64,000 bases of DNA from Armatimonadota bacterium (GCA_031400935.1 JANNQV010000045.1:1-64000); one strand, 5' to 3'; positions 19,466-30,961 are shown, counted from the stretch's first letter. The notes: generated by a model not told the origin, from the letters alone. Made by a program: numbers and translations.

Positions 19466-22400
19466 ATGGCAGACGTAACACTGTTCGACAAATTACGAAT
19501 CGGAATAGCCTCACCTGGCGATATCCGCGCATGGGCCTTCCGACAAGGCGCACATCATGAGGTTAAGAAGCCTGAAACGATCAATTACCGAACGTTTAAG
19601 CCAGAGCGAGACGGCCTATTTTGTGAAAAGATTTTTGGACCAGTCAAAGATTGGGAATGCGCCTGTGGACGCTACAAAAAGATCAAGTACGCCGGCATTA
19701 TTTGCGAACGTTGCGGCGTTGAAGTAACCCGCAGCAAAGTGCGAAGAGAACGAATGGGCATCGTCGAGCTTGCAGCTCCCGTTTGCCACATTTGGTATCT
19801 TAAGGGTGTACCTTCGCCGCTTTCCTTGGTTCTCGATATTTCTCCAAGACTGCTAGAAAAAGTTATCTACTTTGCCAGCTTTATCATCATTGACATCGAA
19901 ACCGAGCAGATTCATGACAGGTTGCCTCGAATTCGAGAAATGGTAGAGGAAGAGAAAGCAGCAATGATGCTTTCAATGCGCGAACTTGAAGAAGATAGCT
20001 TTACAAGATTCGCCGAAGAATTGGCTGGAAACGCTGACGAATACGACGAAATGTCGGTTCGAGACCGAGCAAAAGCTATTAATGACCGAATTCGAGCAGA
20101 ATATCGGGACGCTGACGATCGCCTGAAAGACATGGATTTGGCTGTCGAAATCCTTGGAAAACTCGAAAAGAACCAGTTGATTGATGAAGACAAGTATCGT
20201 GCCGTAAGCAAGATGTTGGATGCCGTTGGCTTCAAAATGAATGAAGACCTCCGTTCGCTTGTTCGAGCGAACATTGGCGCCGATGCCGTTAAAGAGCTAC
20301 TTCTTCGTGTTGATTTAGAAAAATTGGCGCGCGAAATGCGGCAAGAGATCATCATGACTACGAGCACTCGTCGTGCTCGTGCAATCAAGCGCTTGGAAGT
20401 TACGGAAGCACTGATATTGTCTAAATCGCGCCCGGAATGGATGATCCTTGAAGTCGTTCCTGTCATTTCCCCAGAGCTTCGCCCGATGGTTCAGCTTGAT
20501 GGCGGCCGGTTTGCAACTTCCGATTTGAACGATCTTTATCGCCGAATCATCAATCGCAACAACCGTTTGAAAAAGATAATGGAGATTCATGCTCCAGAGT
20601 CAATCATCAACCATGAAAAGCGACTTTTGCAAGAGGCCGTAGACGCTTTGATTGACAACGGTCGTCGAGCTAGGCCAGTTGTCGGTTCAAATTCTCGCCC
20701 ACTGAAATCTTTGAGCGACATGCTCAAAGGTAAGGAAGGCCGATTCCGAAAGAACTTGCTCGGAAAACGCGTTGACTATTCTGGACGATCCGTTATCGTC
20801 GTCGGTCCACACCTAAAGCTACACCAGTGTGGTTTGCCAAGAGAAATGGCTCTCGAATTGTTTAAGCCATTCGTGATGAAAACTCTGGTTGAAAAGAAAA
20901 TTACTCAGAACATCAAAACTGCGAAGCGAATGATTGACCGAATGCATCCGGCAGTTTGGGATGGTTTGGAAGAGGTAATCAAGGAGCATCCAGTCCTACT
21001 GAACCGTGCTCCAACTTTGCACAGGCTTGGAATTCAAGCGTTTGAGCCAATTCTTTGCGATGGAAAAGCGATTCAAGTTCACCCTCTTGTGTGCCACGCA
21101 TACAACGCGGACTTTGATGGTGACCAAATGGCGGTTCACCTTCCATTAAGTACGCAAGCACAAGCGGAAGCGCGCGTTTTGATGCTTTCGACGCAAAATC
21201 TTTTCTCGCCGGCAGATGGACGTCCAACAGTGGCTCCGATCCAAGACATCGTCCTTGGGGCTTATGCATTGACGTTTATTAATCGGGATCAACGAGATGC
21301 ACTCGCTGCGGTTGAAGCGGCTCACAAAAAGAACCCCGAAAAGAATGCGGCACCACCAATCTACGGTAGCCCTGAAGAAGCGCTGTTGCACTTCGATACA
21401 CCCCATTCCACAGACAATCCTGGAATCAATCAATTGCTCAAAGTTCGGATCAATCGTCCGATCTTCAGGGAAGATGACCAAGTTGATTACCGAGATCCGA
21501 ACACTGGAGCTGAATACAAATATGTTGCCAGCCCTGGCGTTGACGAAGACGGAGAAGACCAGCCAGAAAAGAAAGTTCTTGAGCCATTGGAGCAAGAATT
21601 TGAATCTGTTATTCGCTTAATCACACCGGGGCAGCTAATGTTCCATGAGATTCTGCCTTATCCAATTCGATTTCACGATGAAGCAATTCCGCTTGAATTG
21701 ACGAAGAAAACCCTCTCCGACATCATCATTACAATTCACCGAAGGGTCGGAATTGCGGTGACGATCAAGGCACTCGACGACATAAAAGACCTTGGATTCA
21801 AATGGGCCCAGAGATACGGACTTTCGATCGCAATTACAGACATGGATCCGCCTGCGCGCCGTGAGGAAATCCTTCACGAAGCCGACGAAAATTCAAACAA
21901 GATTCTTGCTCAATACCGGCGCGGAATGCTTGCGTTTAACGAAATGCAAAGCGGCCTTGTCAAGCTTTGGACTGATACTTACGATGAAATTGGTAAGGAA
22001 ATCGTTGCAGGCATGGTTCAAACGAACCCGCTCTCTATTATCACGGTTTCTGGTGCTCGTGGTTCGGTCAAGCAGCTTGCGCAGCTTTCCGGAATGCGCG
22101 GTCTGATGTTTAACCAGTTCAACGAGGTTATCTATGAGCTTCCCGTTCGAAACAGCTTCCACAAGGGGCTTTCGATGTTGGAGTACTTTGTAACCACTCA
22201 CGGTGCCCGAAAAGGTTTGGCGGATACTGCACTCCGAACTGCGGATGCTGGCTACCTAACTCGCCGCCTTGTGGACGTTTCACAAGACGTAATTATTCGA
22301 GCCATTGACTGTGAAACCGTTGAAGGCATTTTGGTACACCGAATCCTCGATGAGGGTGAAGTGATTGAGCCAGTTGGCGACAGAATGCACGGTAGGATCG

Positions 22401-24190
22401 CGCTAACGACGATTATTGAACCTGAGACAGGCGAAGCTGTTGTCGAATACGGCATGAATGTAACAATTCCCGCATCAAAACTTGTAACTGGAATAGAAAA
22501 CAGATTCCAAGCTGAAATGGATGCTGCTGAAACGGATGAAGAACGCTCGAAGATTGCAGATAGGTGCATGGATTGCGGATTTGAAGTTAACGAACACAGC
22601 CTTTTAAGCGTACGAATGCGAAGCCCGCTGACTTGCGAGTTGCATCAAGGAATCTGCTCCAAATGCTATGGCATTGACCTTTCGACGGCAAAGCTCGTTG
22701 AAGTTGGAGTCGCGGTCGGCATTATTGCGGCTCAGTCAATTGGTGAGCCAGGAACTCAGCTTACGATGCGTACTTTCCACACCGGTGGTGTTGCAGGTGC
22801 GAAAGTTATCGCAGGAACTTCTCAGTACAAAACTGGAAAGTTTATCAAGCAGTTCATGGAAGATGTGCATCAAGCAACGGATACGGATGTCAAACAATTT
22901 GACCCAACGAAGTTGCTCGAATCGCAAGAGTCGGTTGTTAAGGCACTTTTCCAAAAGGACTTTTTGACGATCAATTCCGAAGATACGGGCGAAAAGAAGA
23001 AGACCGAACGACAAACAAAGGCAGCGCTCAAAGCGCATGAAAAAGCCGATGCCGAATCGAAAAAAGTTTGGGAACGAGCTAGAAAAACATTCTTCTACAC
23101 TTGGACAGGTGAATCTAGTGGCATCGTACGTGTTGAAGAAATTTTTGAAGCTCGAAGGCAACCTCGTGGTAAGGCGATCATCTGTCCTGTCACTGGCGTT
23201 GTTCGCGAAATGCAGGAAACGCAATTTGGACGCTGGGTGGTGGTTGAAGCGACCGTAAAGGTGGAGAAACCTATCAAGGACGCTTATATTGCTGATCATC
23301 AAAATTGGGATGTAGATGAAGCAGCGTTGCCGCACCTTGAGAAGTTGATCGGTCAAAAGATGATCACAGCTACTCTGGCGATTTTGCGAAAGTACAACAT
23401 CGAAGAAGTCATTGTTTACTATCCAAACTTGGTGCCTCCATTTGGAAAGCTTCCAGTAAAGCGAGGAAGCAAGGTCATTAAGGGTGACCCACTGACGGAA
23501 GGTCCGCGTGATCCTCATGAAGTACTTGAATTGGCCGGAGCGAATGCGGTTTACGATTACTTCATTGAAAATTTGCAATGCGTTTACAAGAGCCAAGGTG
23601 TAGACATCAATGACAAGCACATTGAAGTTATTATTCGACAGATGCTTCGAAAGCGTCAAGTTAAGGAGCCGGGCGATACTCCATTCCTACCTGGACAGAT
23701 TGTAGACAGGTTCAATTTCTTGCGCCAAAACGATTCTGTTCGAAAACTGATTACTGAAGGCCAAAAGATCAAGTACATGGACCCGGTCAGCGAAGAACCA
23801 GTTGAAAGGGATCCTAAGGAAGCAACGGCGAACTGGATTCTTCTTGGTATCACAGAAGCTTCGTTGGCAACTGAGTCGTTCCTTTCAGCTGCTTCATTCC
23901 AAAAGACGACGCGAGTTCTTACCGAAGCCGCAGTTCGTGGGAAGAAGGATGGCCTGCTCGGGCTTAAGGAAAACGTAATTATCGGACGCCTCATTCCGGC
24001 TGGAACCGGTGTCGAGAGATATCGAAACGTTACCATTGATGTTGAGAGAGGTCCGGCGTGGGCACAGCAGTCGCTCACCGCACTTGTGGAAGCTGAAGAT
24101 CACGACTTTGATCCGACAGAAGCAGCGTTGGCATTCCCATCGCTTGCTGAGTTGGCAGCGATGGAAGACCCTCAGTTGAGTGAAGAATAG
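19466..24190 (+). CDS. rpoC: RNA polymerase beta' subunit
   Basis: [14 protein letters not shown], Zn ribbon [47 protein letters not shown]. Confidence 0.98.
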   Translation: MADVTLFDKLRIGIASPGDIRAWAFRQGAHHEVKKPETINYRTFKPERDGLFCEKIFGPVKDWECACGRYKKIKYAGIICERCGVEVTRSKVRRERMGIVELAAPVCHIWYLKGVPSPLSLVLDISPRLLEKVIYFASFIIIDIETEQIHDRLPRIREMVEEEKAAMMLSMRELEEDSFTRFAEELAGNADEYDEMSVRDRAKAINDRIRAEYRDADDRLKDMDLAVEILGKLEKNQLIDEDKYRAVSKMLDAVGFKMNEDLRSLVRANIGADAVKELLLRVDLEKLAREMRQEIIMTTSTRRARAIKRLEVTEALILSKSRPEWMILEVVPVISPELRPMVQLDGGRFATSDLNDLYRRIINRNNRLKKIMEIHAPESIINHEKRLLQEAVDALIDNGRRARPVVGSNSRPLKSLSDMLKGKEGRFRKNLLGKRVDYSGRSVIVVGPHLKLHQCGLPREMALELFKPFVMKTLVEKKITQNIKTAKRMIDRMHPAVWDGLEEVIKEHPVLLNRAPTLHRLGIQAFEPILCDGKAIQVHPLVCHAYNADFDGDQMAVHLPLSTQAQAEARVLMLSTQNLFSPADGRPTVAPIQDIVLGAYALTFINRDQRDALAAVEAAHKKNPEKNAAPPIYGSPEEALLHFDTPHSTDNPGINQLLKVRINRPIFREDDQVDYRDPNTGAEYKYVASPGVDEDGEDQPEKKVLEPLEQEFESVIRLITPGQLMFHEILPYPIRFHDEAIPLELTKKTLSDIIITIHRRVGIAVTIKALDDIKDLGFKWAQRYGLSIAITDMDPPARREEILHEADENSNKILAQYRRGMLAFNEMQSGLVKLWTDTYDEIGKEIVAGMVQTNPLSIITVSGARGSVKQLAQLSGMRGLMFNQFNEVIYELPVRNSFHKGLSMLEYFVTTHGARKGLADTALRTADAGYLTRRLVDVSQDVIIRAIDCETVEGILVHRILDEGEVIEPVGDRMHGRIALTTIIEPETGEAVVEYGMNVTIPASKLVTGIENRFQAEMDAAETDEERSKIADRCMDCGFEVNEHSLLSVRMRSPLTCELHQGICSKCYGIDLSTAKLVEVGVAVGIIAAQSIGEPGTQLTMRTFHTGGVAGAKVIAGTSQYKTGKFIKQFMEDVHQATDTDVKQFDPTKLLESQESVVKALFQKDFLTINSEDTGEKKKTERQTKAALKAHEKADAESKKVWERARKTFFYTWTGESSGIVRVEEIFEARRQPRGKAIICPVTGVVREMQETQFGRWVVVEATVKVEKPIKDAYIADHQNWDVDEAALPHLEKLIGQKMITATLAILRKYNIEEVIVYYPNLVPPFGKLPVKRGSKVIKGDPLTEGPRDPHEVLELAGANAVYDYFIENLQCVYKSQGVDINDKHIEVIIRQMLRKRQVKEPGDTPFLPGQIVDRFNFLRQNDSVRKLITEGQKIKYMDPVSEEPVERDPKEATANWILLGITEASLATESFLSAASFQKTTRVLTEAAVRGKKDGLLGLKENVIIGRLIPAGTGVERYRNVTIDVERGPAWAQQSLTALVEAEDHDFDPTEAALAFPSLAELAAMEDPQLSEE

Positions 24191-24196
24191 GAAAGA

Positions 24197-24292
24197 GGTT
24201 GTCGGTTGTCAGTTATCGGTTGTCAGTTGTTAGTAATGACGTACTGAGTTTAGGCTTAAATTTGATCCATGACGACAACCGACAACCGACAC
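24197..24292. repeat. Heptamer repeat arrays in inverted orientation (GGTTGTC / GACAACC)
   Basis: ggttgtcggttgtcagttatcggttgtcagttgtt ... gacaaccgacaaccgac. Confidence 0.8.
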
Positions 24293-24450
24293 CCCAAATT
24301 TCCTTTAGTCACCCAGTTAACTTTGCCAGATTCATAAAGAATTGATCTTGGAATAGGGCTCAATCCATCCTTTTCTGATAGAGTTCTGATATGATAAGAG
24401 TCTATGGCGTGGAGTTGCTGCGGCTTCGTTTTAGGAGAAAAGGAATCAAA

Positions 24451-25050
24451 ATGAAAAAATCTTTACTTATTCTTGCTTTGGGTGTCGTCGGCGCTTCGGC
24501 AAACGCGACTACCTTTACATTTTCGGCGTTCCAAGTTCAAATTCCAGATTCAGCCGCAACAATGACCAACTTCAATGTTGCTGGCCTTGATGGTGCGATC
24601 GTAGATGTGAATCTCAGAATGACCAATGTCGTTCACACATGGACCAACGATATGGGTTCAGTTCTTTCTAATAATACTGGATCGAACGTGCTCTTGTTCG
24701 ACGGTCCCGGCGACGGCGATACCTCAGGTTCGAGCTGGAACTGGTTGTTCGATGATAGTGCAGCCTCTCCGCTGCCAGATGGTAATCCGTTGATTAGTGG
24801 AGCCTTTAAGCCGGGGCAGGATGAATGGGGTGATTTATTTGCAAACACAACTCCGAACACTTCAACTATGAACGGCTTGAATGCCGGAAGCAATGGCATA
24901 TGGGTGCTCCACATGGAGGACTTTGTTAATGGCGACTTTGGTTCAATTGAGAGAGTGGACCTTGTTATCACAACCGCAGTGCCTGAGCCTGCGACAATGA
25001 CAGCTCTCACCCTTGGCGCCGTTGCTTTCATTCGACGCCGACGCAAATAA
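24451..25050 (+). CDS. PEP-CTERM protein with proprotein-convertase P-domain-like passenger
   Basis: Signal MKKSLLILALGVVGASANA; IPD, IVDVNL..HTWTND, NGIWVLHMED; VPEPATM...RRRRK. Confidence 0.85.
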   Translation: MKKSLLILALGVVGASANATTFTFSAFQVQIPDSAATMTNFNVAGLDGAIVDVNLRMTNVVHTWTNDMGSVLSNNTGSNVLLFDGPGDGDTSGSSWNWLFDDSAASPLPDGNPLISGAFKPGQDEWGDLFANTTPNTSTMNGLNAGSNGIWVLHMEDFVNGDFGSIERVDLVITTAVPEPATMTALTLGAVAFIRRRRK

Positions 25051-25079
25051 GCGAAAGCTAAAGATACAAAAATCTTTGC

Positions 25080-25105
25080 ATTGCCTCTGAGTAATCAGGG
25101 GCAAT
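25080..25105 (+). terminator. Hairpin after PEP-CTERM gene
   Basis: ATTGCCTCTGA-GTAA-TCAGGGGCAAT; weak U tract. Confidence 0.55.
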
Positions 25106-25354
25106 TCCCCCCTATTAGCAGGTGGTTTGCAAATGGTCGGCAGGTTGCTGGCACGTTTACAGTGCCCATTCCCAAATCCGAAAACTCTGAACACAAAACC
25201 CTTATCCACAACTACAAAAACCGTTTCCCAGCATCATTACCAGTTTTTTGCAAAAAGATTGCCAAATCTGGTTCAATCGCCAAAATTGGGTATACAATGA
25301 TCTTCGTCAAACAACTCATCGGTACTACTGGTGAAGGTTAGGAGAGATGTTATT

Positions 25355-26038
25355 ATGAATCGAAATTTTATTATTCTTGGATTGCTCGCTGTTGCGGGTG
25401 GCGCGAACGCTCAGTCATTTTTTGAGGGATTTGAAGGCGTAACTTCTACTGGTGTGCTTGCAATTGCTCCATTGCCAGGTTGGGACGTTCAGAACACGTC
25501 CGCACCTCTAAATACAACTCACGGCGGCTGGTTCAATGGGAACGCCGCTGTATTCGCGGCAAACACAGGAACAAAGTATGCAGCTTCGAACTTTGCGTCG
25601 GGCACAGGTCTTGCAACCAACGACACTTGGCTCATCACACCAACGCGAACTTTGCAGAACGGCGACCAAATCTCGTTCTTTTCGCGAACAGTCACCAGCG
25701 TTGCTTTTCCTGATCGTTTGCACCTTCGGATGAGCTTGAACGGCGCAAGCACCAACGTTGCTGACTTCTCAACAATATTGTTGACGATCAACCCAACTCT
25801 CACTCTCACAGGATATCCAAGCGTTTGGACAATGTTCTCGGCAACTGTGTCCGGCCTTGGCGGTCCAACATCGGGACGATTTGCATTCAACTACAACGTT
25901 ACAAACGGCGGACCTAACGGTACCAACGCTGACTACATCGGCGTTGACGATGTTCGCTACAGCGCAGTGCCTGAGCCTGCAACAATGACAGCTCTCGCCC
26001 TTGGCGCAGTTGCTTTCATTCGACGCCGACGCAAATAA
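25355..26038 (+). CDS. PEP-CTERM protein with choice-of-anchor J/cleaved-adhesin-like domain
   Basis: EGFEG..PGW..N, TWLITP, FPDRL, GRFAFNY, YIGVDDV; VPEPATM...RRRRK. Confidence 0.85.
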   Translation: MNRNFIILGLLAVAGGANAQSFFEGFEGVTSTGVLAIAPLPGWDVQNTSAPLNTTHGGWFNGNAAVFAANTGTKYAASNFASGTGLATNDTWLITPTRTLQNGDQISFFSRTVTSVAFPDRLHLRMSLNGASTNVADFSTILLTINPTLTLTGYPSVWTMFSATVSGLGGPTSGRFAFNYNVTNGGPNGTNADYIGVDDVRYSAVPEPATMTALALGAVAFIRRRRK

Positions 26039-26059
26039 GCAAAAGCGAAGAATATATTT

Positions 26060-26096
26060 GAATTGCCCCTGAGTAATCGGGGGCAATTCTTTATTT
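26060..26096 (+). terminator. Rho-independent terminator
   Basis: GAATTGCCCCTGA-GTAA-TCGGGGGCAATTC followed by TTTATTT. Confidence 0.7.
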
Positions 26097-26101
26097 GTGG
26101 G

Positions 26102-26172
26102 GGGTTGTTTGTTGTTTGTTATTGGTTGTTGGGACAAATAGGACATATGGGACTTATTAGACATATGGGACC
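26102..26172. repeat. Heptamer plus 9-mer tandem repeats
   Basis: ggttgtttgttgtttgttattggttgtt then gggacaaataggacatatgggacttattagacatatgggacc. Confidence 0.7.
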
Positions 26173-26300
26173 AAAGGTAGTGGCTTGATTGCACACAATG
26201 CATCCAAAAACCCATCCCCCAAGTAGGTATACTCTGCGTTCCCCCGAGGTGGCTTTTACCCCGTACGGTAATTGGAAATTCGGTTGGGTAGTGAACAAAT

Positions 26301-26600
26301 ATGAAAGTACGAATTCGCCTTAGGGCATTTGATCATCGCATTATTGACGCTTCGGCTGAGAAGATTGTCGAAACAGCCAAGCGCACCGGCGCACGGGTCG
26401 CTGGGCCGGTTCCATTGCCCACGGACATCAAGCGCTTTTGCGTTATTCGAGGGCCACACATTGATAAGGAATCAATGGAGCACTTCGAACTGCGAACTCA
26501 CAACCGGCTCATTGATATTCTCGAACCCACCAACAAGACGATTGATGCGTTGATGCGCCTTGATCTGCCAAGTGGCGTAGATATTGAAATAAAGAGCTAG
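26301..26600 (+). CDS. rpsJ: 30S ribosomal protein S10
   Basis: [29 protein letters not shown]. Confidence 0.97.
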   Translation: MKVRIRLRAFDHRIIDASAEKIVETAKRTGARVAGPVPLPTDIKRFCVIRGPHIDKESMEHFELRTHNRLIDILEPTNKTIDALMRLDLPSGVDIEIKS

Positions 26601-27685
26601 GCGGCTTTTTGCTCGGCCACTTCTTCAAACAAGTTGTCGCTAGGATGGTCCATGGATTCTAACTCAAGAAACACTTTAACAAGTTTCGGATCAAAATGCT
26701 TTCCAGACTGCTCTTCAATGTGTGCGCGGACTTGTGTTTCACTCATTGGCAAATGATAGGGCCTGAGAGAACGCATTGCATCCCAAACGTCTGCAATTGC
26801 AAATAGACGCGCTGCAAACGGTATGTTTTCGCCTGAAATACCGGTTGGATAGCCCGAACCGTCCCATTTTTCATGATGGTACAGTGGAATATCTAGGGCG
26901 TTCCTTAAAAACGAAATCTCACGTAGCATTTCATAACCCAAAATTGCGTGAGTCTTCATTGTCTCGAATTCTTCGGCAGTCAATTTGCCCGGCTTTAACA
27001 GGATCGAATCTGGTATGCCGATCTTTCCGATATCATGGAGCAACGCGCCATAGTAAATCGGACGAATTTCAATTTCACTTAAACCAAGGTGCCTTGCTAG
27101 GTTCACGGACACTGCTGCGACTCTCTGTGAGTGTCCGTCCGTTTCCCGATCTCGAGCCTCAAGTGCCCTACACCATCCGAGAATGGTTGCTTCAATCGCT
27201 GCCTCGATTTCCCTTGTCCTATCCGCTACTCTTAATTCTAACTCCTCGTTAATTTCAAGTAACTCCGTATTGAGCTGCATGAATTCCCCGTTGGCGTTGT
27301 CAAGTTGCTCTTGTTGATCAATAGAACGCTTTGCGGCCCTGGCCAATTGCCCGATTTCTGCCGTATCTACCAAATGAAGCTCAAATTCGACTGCGGAATT
27401 TTGTTCGAGACCTTCACAGATGTTCTTTACAGGGCGAACTGTCCAATTGCTGATTACCATTCGAGTGGCAACTACAGTGAGAAGGGCCAATACAAAGAAG
27501 AACATAGATGTTTCGCGCAATAGAATCAATGCCAGCTCACCAGATGCTAAGTCGTTGAGTCCTTGTACTTGTTGCGATTGAATATCCAGCCAAACGAAAA
27601 GTGCGCTCAACAGAATAGTAGCGTTAACTACAAAAAGGAACGTTAAGCGTGTATCTAACTTAGATTTTGATTTCGGCGATTCCAA
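26597..27685 (-). CDS. Membrane HAMP + HD-GYP cyclic di-GMP phosphodiesterase
   Basis: AGGAGG RBS before TTG at 27685; two TM segments; [29 protein letters not shown]. Confidence 0.88.
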   Translation of the reverse strand: MESPKSKSKLDTRLTFLFVVNATILLSALFVWLDIQSQQVQGLNDLASGELALILLRETSMFFFVLALLTVVATRMVISNWTVRPVKNICEGLEQNSAVEFELHLVDTAEIGQLARAAKRSIDQQEQLDNANGEFMQLNTELLEINEELELRVADRTREIEAAIEATILGWCRALEARDRETDGHSQRVAAVSVNLARHLGLSEIEIRPIYYGALLHDIGKIGIPDSILLKPGKLTAEEFETMKTHAILGYEMLREISFLRNALDIPLYHHEKWDGSGYPTGISGENIPFAARLFAIADVWDAMRSLRPYHLPMSETQVRAHIEEQSGKHFDPKLVKVFLELESMDHPSDNLFEEVAEQKAA

Positions 27686-28073
27686 TCTTTTGACCCTCCT
27701 CACGTTTGTACTGGCAAAAACAACAAATGTTTCTGAGTCGTTGTTAAAATGTTCGGCAAGCGAGACCGAGATTTGCAGATAGGTTAAGTTAAGCTTATAG
27801 TATCCAGCAATCTCGACCATGCTATAGTGTTCTTTGTACCGTCCACTGGCAAGCATTGTGCTTGCCACAACGTACTAAGTGCCAACTGCTAGCAATCCCA
27901 ATATCCAATTGGGTATGATTTGCGTTCGCGTACAAAGGAACGCAATGTTTCGGTGCGCAATCAACTACAAAGCTTTCATGAAGCTCTGGCTGGCATTCCC
28001 GATCCGAGATTAGGGCTCTGCAAATACTGACGGCCAAAAGAGCGTAACGGAAGCAAGAATTTTTGGAGGCAAA

Positions 28074-28700
28074 ATGCTACCGGGATTACTCGGACGAAAA
28101 ATTGGAATGACCCATCTCTTTACTGAGGAGGGCGCGATGGTTCCGGTCACTGTGATCGAAGCTGGTCCTGTTTACGTCACACAAATTAAGACAACGGCAA
28201 CTGACGCTTATCAAGCGGTTCAAGTTGGCTTTGGCGAAGCGAAAATGAGAAATTTGACCTTCCCGAAACATGGCCATTTGAAAAAGGCAGGGGTAGATAA
28301 GAATCTGCGAAACTTGCGCGAATTTCGCGTAGACAGCACCGACGGCTTTGAACTCGGACAAGAGATCACTGCCGATATTTTTGAAGAAGGACAAGTTATC
28401 ACCGTCACTTCAAAGAGCAAGGGTAAAGGCTTTGCTGGCGGCGTCAAGCGCTATCACTTTAAGGGTCAGCACATGACTCACGGCTTCATGACTCATAGGC
28501 GACCAAACTCAAATGGTGCGACTGGCCCCCAAAGGGTTTTCAAAGGCTCGCGAAGACCAGGCCACATGGGTGATGACACCGTGACTCAAAAGGGCCTAAA
28601 GGTCGTAAAAATTGACCTTGAACGAAATTTGATTTTGGTTGATGGGAGCGTTCCAGGTGCAAACGGAACCTTGGTCACGATCAATAAGGTGGCGAGGTAA
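28074..28700 (+). CDS. rplC: 50S ribosomal protein L3
   Basis: GRKIGMT, SKGKGFAG, GHMG, GSVPG. Confidence 0.97.
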   Translation: MLPGLLGRKIGMTHLFTEEGAMVPVTVIEAGPVYVTQIKTTATDAYQAVQVGFGEAKMRNLTFPKHGHLKKAGVDKNLRNLREFRVDSTDGFELGQEITADIFEEGQVITVTSKSKGKGFAGGVKRYHFKGQHMTHGFMTHRRPNSNGATGPQRVFKGSRRPGHMGDDTVTQKGLKVVKIDLERNLILVDGSVPGANGTLVTINKVAR

Positions 28701-28705
28701 CCAAA

Positions 28706-29362
28706 ATGCCAAAAATTGAAGTTAAAAACAAGGAAGGCAAAAAGGTCGGCCAAATTGAGCTATCTGATGAGTTCATGGCAGCCAGGCCGAACGACCACGT
28801 AATCCACCGAACCGTTGTTGCTGAAATGGCAAATTCGCGTCAAGGTACGCAATCAGCAAAAACCCGAAGCGAAGTTCGTGGCGGTGGCAAGAAACCTTAC
28901 AAACAGAAAAAAACGGGTAATGCTCGACAGGGAACGACACGTGCACCTCAATTCGCTCATGGTGGAATGGCACTTGCAGTCAAGCCGAGAGATTACGATA
29001 AAAAGGTCAACAAGAAAGAACGAATTTCAGCCATTCTGGGAGCAATCGCCACCAAAGTTGAATCGGAAACGATAATTATTGCTGACTCAATTGCATTTGC
29101 GGAATCGAAAACGAAGAGCGCCATCAGCTTGCTAAAGGCTCTAGGCGTATTGGAATCACGACGAGTGCTGGTGATTCTCGAAAAACCAGATGACATTACT
29201 TTCAGGTCGTTTAGGAATCTGCCGAATGTGACTGTTCGCACTGCTCCTTCCGCTGACAAAGAAGCTAGCGCAACGTTCTCGGCACGCGATATTCTTGTCG
29301 CGCATCACATTGTGATAGCGCAAAGCGCATTTACCAAAATCCAGGAGGTATGGGTCAAGTGA
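28706..29362 (+). CDS. rplD: 50S ribosomal protein L4
   Basis: RQGT..KTRSEVRGGGKKPYKQKKTGNARQG. Confidence 0.97.
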   Translation: MPKIEVKNKEGKKVGQIELSDEFMAARPNDHVIHRTVVAEMANSRQGTQSAKTRSEVRGGGKKPYKQKKTGNARQGTTRAPQFAHGGMALAVKPRDYDKKVNKKERISAILGAIATKVESETIIIADSIAFAESKTKSAISLLKALGVLESRRVLVILEKPDDITFRSFRNLPNVTVRTAPSADKEASATFSARDILVAHHIVIAQSAFTKIQEVWVK

Positions 29363-29718
29363 AAAACCCGCACGACATAATCGTATCACCGCATATCACT
29401 GAGAAGTCGGTACGCCTATCTTATGGCGATCCACTGATTCGAGATGAAAAACTGCTGGTTCGTACCTATACTTTCTTGGTCGCAACTTCTGCCAACAAGA
29501 TTGAAATCAAGAATGCTCTAGAAGCAATCTATAACGCAGGTAAAAAAGAAGGCGACAAGATTTCAGTAACAAGCGTTCGAACCATTAGAGTTCCTGGTAA
29601 GGCAAAGCGAGTGCGAACAAAGGGAACCGCAAATCCAAAGCAAGGGTATCAGCCTGATCGAAAAAAGGCATTGGTAAACCTAGCTAAAGGTCAAGTTTTG
29701 GAGGACTTCGGAGTCTAA
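29359..29718 (+). CDS. rplW: 50S ribosomal protein L23
   Basis: PHITEKS, YTFLV..ANKIEIK, KKALV; GTG start overlaps the rplD stop. Confidence 0.93.
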   Translation: MKNPHDIIVSPHITEKSVRLSYGDPLIRDEKLLVRTYTFLVATSANKIEIKNALEAIYNAGKKEGDKISVTSVRTIRVPGKAKRVRTKGTANPKQGYQPDRKKALVNLAKGQVLEDFGV

Positions 29719-29721
29719 ACC

Positions 29722-30552
29722 ATGGGCACACGACAATACAAACCTACATCGCCGGGCCGACGGTTTATGATAATTTCCGATTACAAGGAAATTACAAAGG
29801 GCAAACCGGAAAAGACCCTAACTTCAGCCAAACCAAAATCTGGTGGCCGAAACAATACGGGTCGTGTCACGTCTTTTCATCGGGGTGGAGGCAACAAGCA
29901 GAAGTATCGAATTGTTGACTTCAAACGACAGAAGGACGGAATTGAAGCTAAAGTTGCGGCAATTGAATACGATCCAAACCGAACCTGCCGAATCGCGCTT
30001 TTGCACTATATGGATGGTGAAAAAGCGTACATTCTGGCTCCAAAAGGTTTGAATGTGGGCACGCGAATTGTAAGCGGCTCGGAAGCCGATATTCTTCCTG
30101 GCAACTGTTTGCCGCTGAAGAACATTCCGCTCGGTACTTTGGTTCACAACATCGAATTGCAGCCTGGAAAAGGCGGTCAAATGGTGCGAAGCGCCGGGGC
30201 TGCCGCGCAGGTCATGGCGAAAGAAGGAACGTATGTAACTCTTCGATTGCCCAGCACCGAAATGCGAATGGTCCACAACACTTGCCGTGCAACGGTTGGT
30301 GAAGTAGGAAATGCCAGCCACGAAAACGAACAGCTTGGAAAAGCTGGAAAGGCTCGTGGACTTGGACGAAAGCCAAGAGTTAGAGGTGTCGTTAAATCGC
30401 CACGAGACCATCCACACGGTGGTGGTGAGGCGAAATCGCCGGTTGGAAGAAAGAAGGGCCCTGTGGATAGATGGGGCAACAAGGCTCGGGGCCAAAAGAC
30501 ACGATCCAACAAGCGATCGAATCCATTTATTGTTCGTAGGAGGAACGGGTAG
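29722..30552 (+). CDS. rplB: 50S ribosomal protein L2
   Basis: [22 protein letters not shown]. Confidence 0.97.
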   Translation: MGTRQYKPTSPGRRFMIISDYKEITKGKPEKTLTSAKPKSGGRNNTGRVTSFHRGGGNKQKYRIVDFKRQKDGIEAKVAAIEYDPNRTCRIALLHYMDGEKAYILAPKGLNVGTRIVSGSEADILPGNCLPLKNIPLGTLVHNIELQPGKGGQMVRSAGAAAQVMAKEGTYVTLRLPSTEMRMVHNTCRATVGEVGNASHENEQLGKAGKARGLGRKPRVRGVVKSPRDHPHGGGEAKSPVGRKKGPVDRWGNKARGQKTRSNKRSNPFIVRRRNG

Positions 30553-30556
30553 GAAA

Positions 30557-30623
30557 ATGGGTATAGGGTTAAGGGTATGGGGTTTAGCTCGATACCCTAT
30601 ACCCCACACCCTAAACCCTTCCC
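30557..30623. repeat. Inverted heptamer arrays (AGGGTAT / ATACCCT)
   Basis: atgggtatagggttaagggtatggggttt ... ataccctataccccacaccctaaaccct. Confidence 0.75.
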
Positions 30624-30673
30624 CCAATCGTGCACTGCCTCTCAGAAATGAGAACGGTTAACACAGGAGAAAC

Positions 30674-30961
30674 ATGGCAAGAAGTTTAAAGAAAGGATTT
30701 TTTGTAGACGATCACCTTCTAAAAAAGGTGCTAGAGCTAAACGAGAAGGGCGACAAGAAGCTCATCAAAACTTGGTCGCGAAGATCAACGATCATTCCAG
30801 ATATGGTCGGACACACGTTTAGCGTTCATAACGGACAAAAGCACATCCCCGTTTTTGTAACAGAAAACATGATTGGACACAAGTTGGGAGAATTCGTTCC
30901 AACGCGTACCTACCGAGGCCACGGAGGGAGCCTGCCTGACCGAAAGACGAAATTCACTTAG
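30674..30961 (+). CDS. rpsS: 30S ribosomal protein S19
   Basis: RSLKKG, KTWSRRS, GHKLGEF. Confidence 0.97.
   Translation: MARSLKKGFFVDDHLLKKVLELNEKGDKKLIKTWSRRSTIIPDMVGHTFSVHNGQKHIPVFVTENMIGHKLGEFVPTRTYRGHGGSLPDRKTKFT

Noticed and set aside
18049..23155. Inteins as the explanation for the RpoB/RpoC insertions
   Set aside because: No Cys/Ser...His-Asn splice junctions or LAGLIDADG motifs at the insert boundaries.
22736..23659. 307-aa antisense ORF within rpoC
   Set aside because: Shadow frame of a highly conserved gene; no recognisable motifs or RBS.
29824..30627. 267-aa antisense ORF over rplB
   Set aside because: Antisense shadow; its N-terminus is just translated heptamer repeats.
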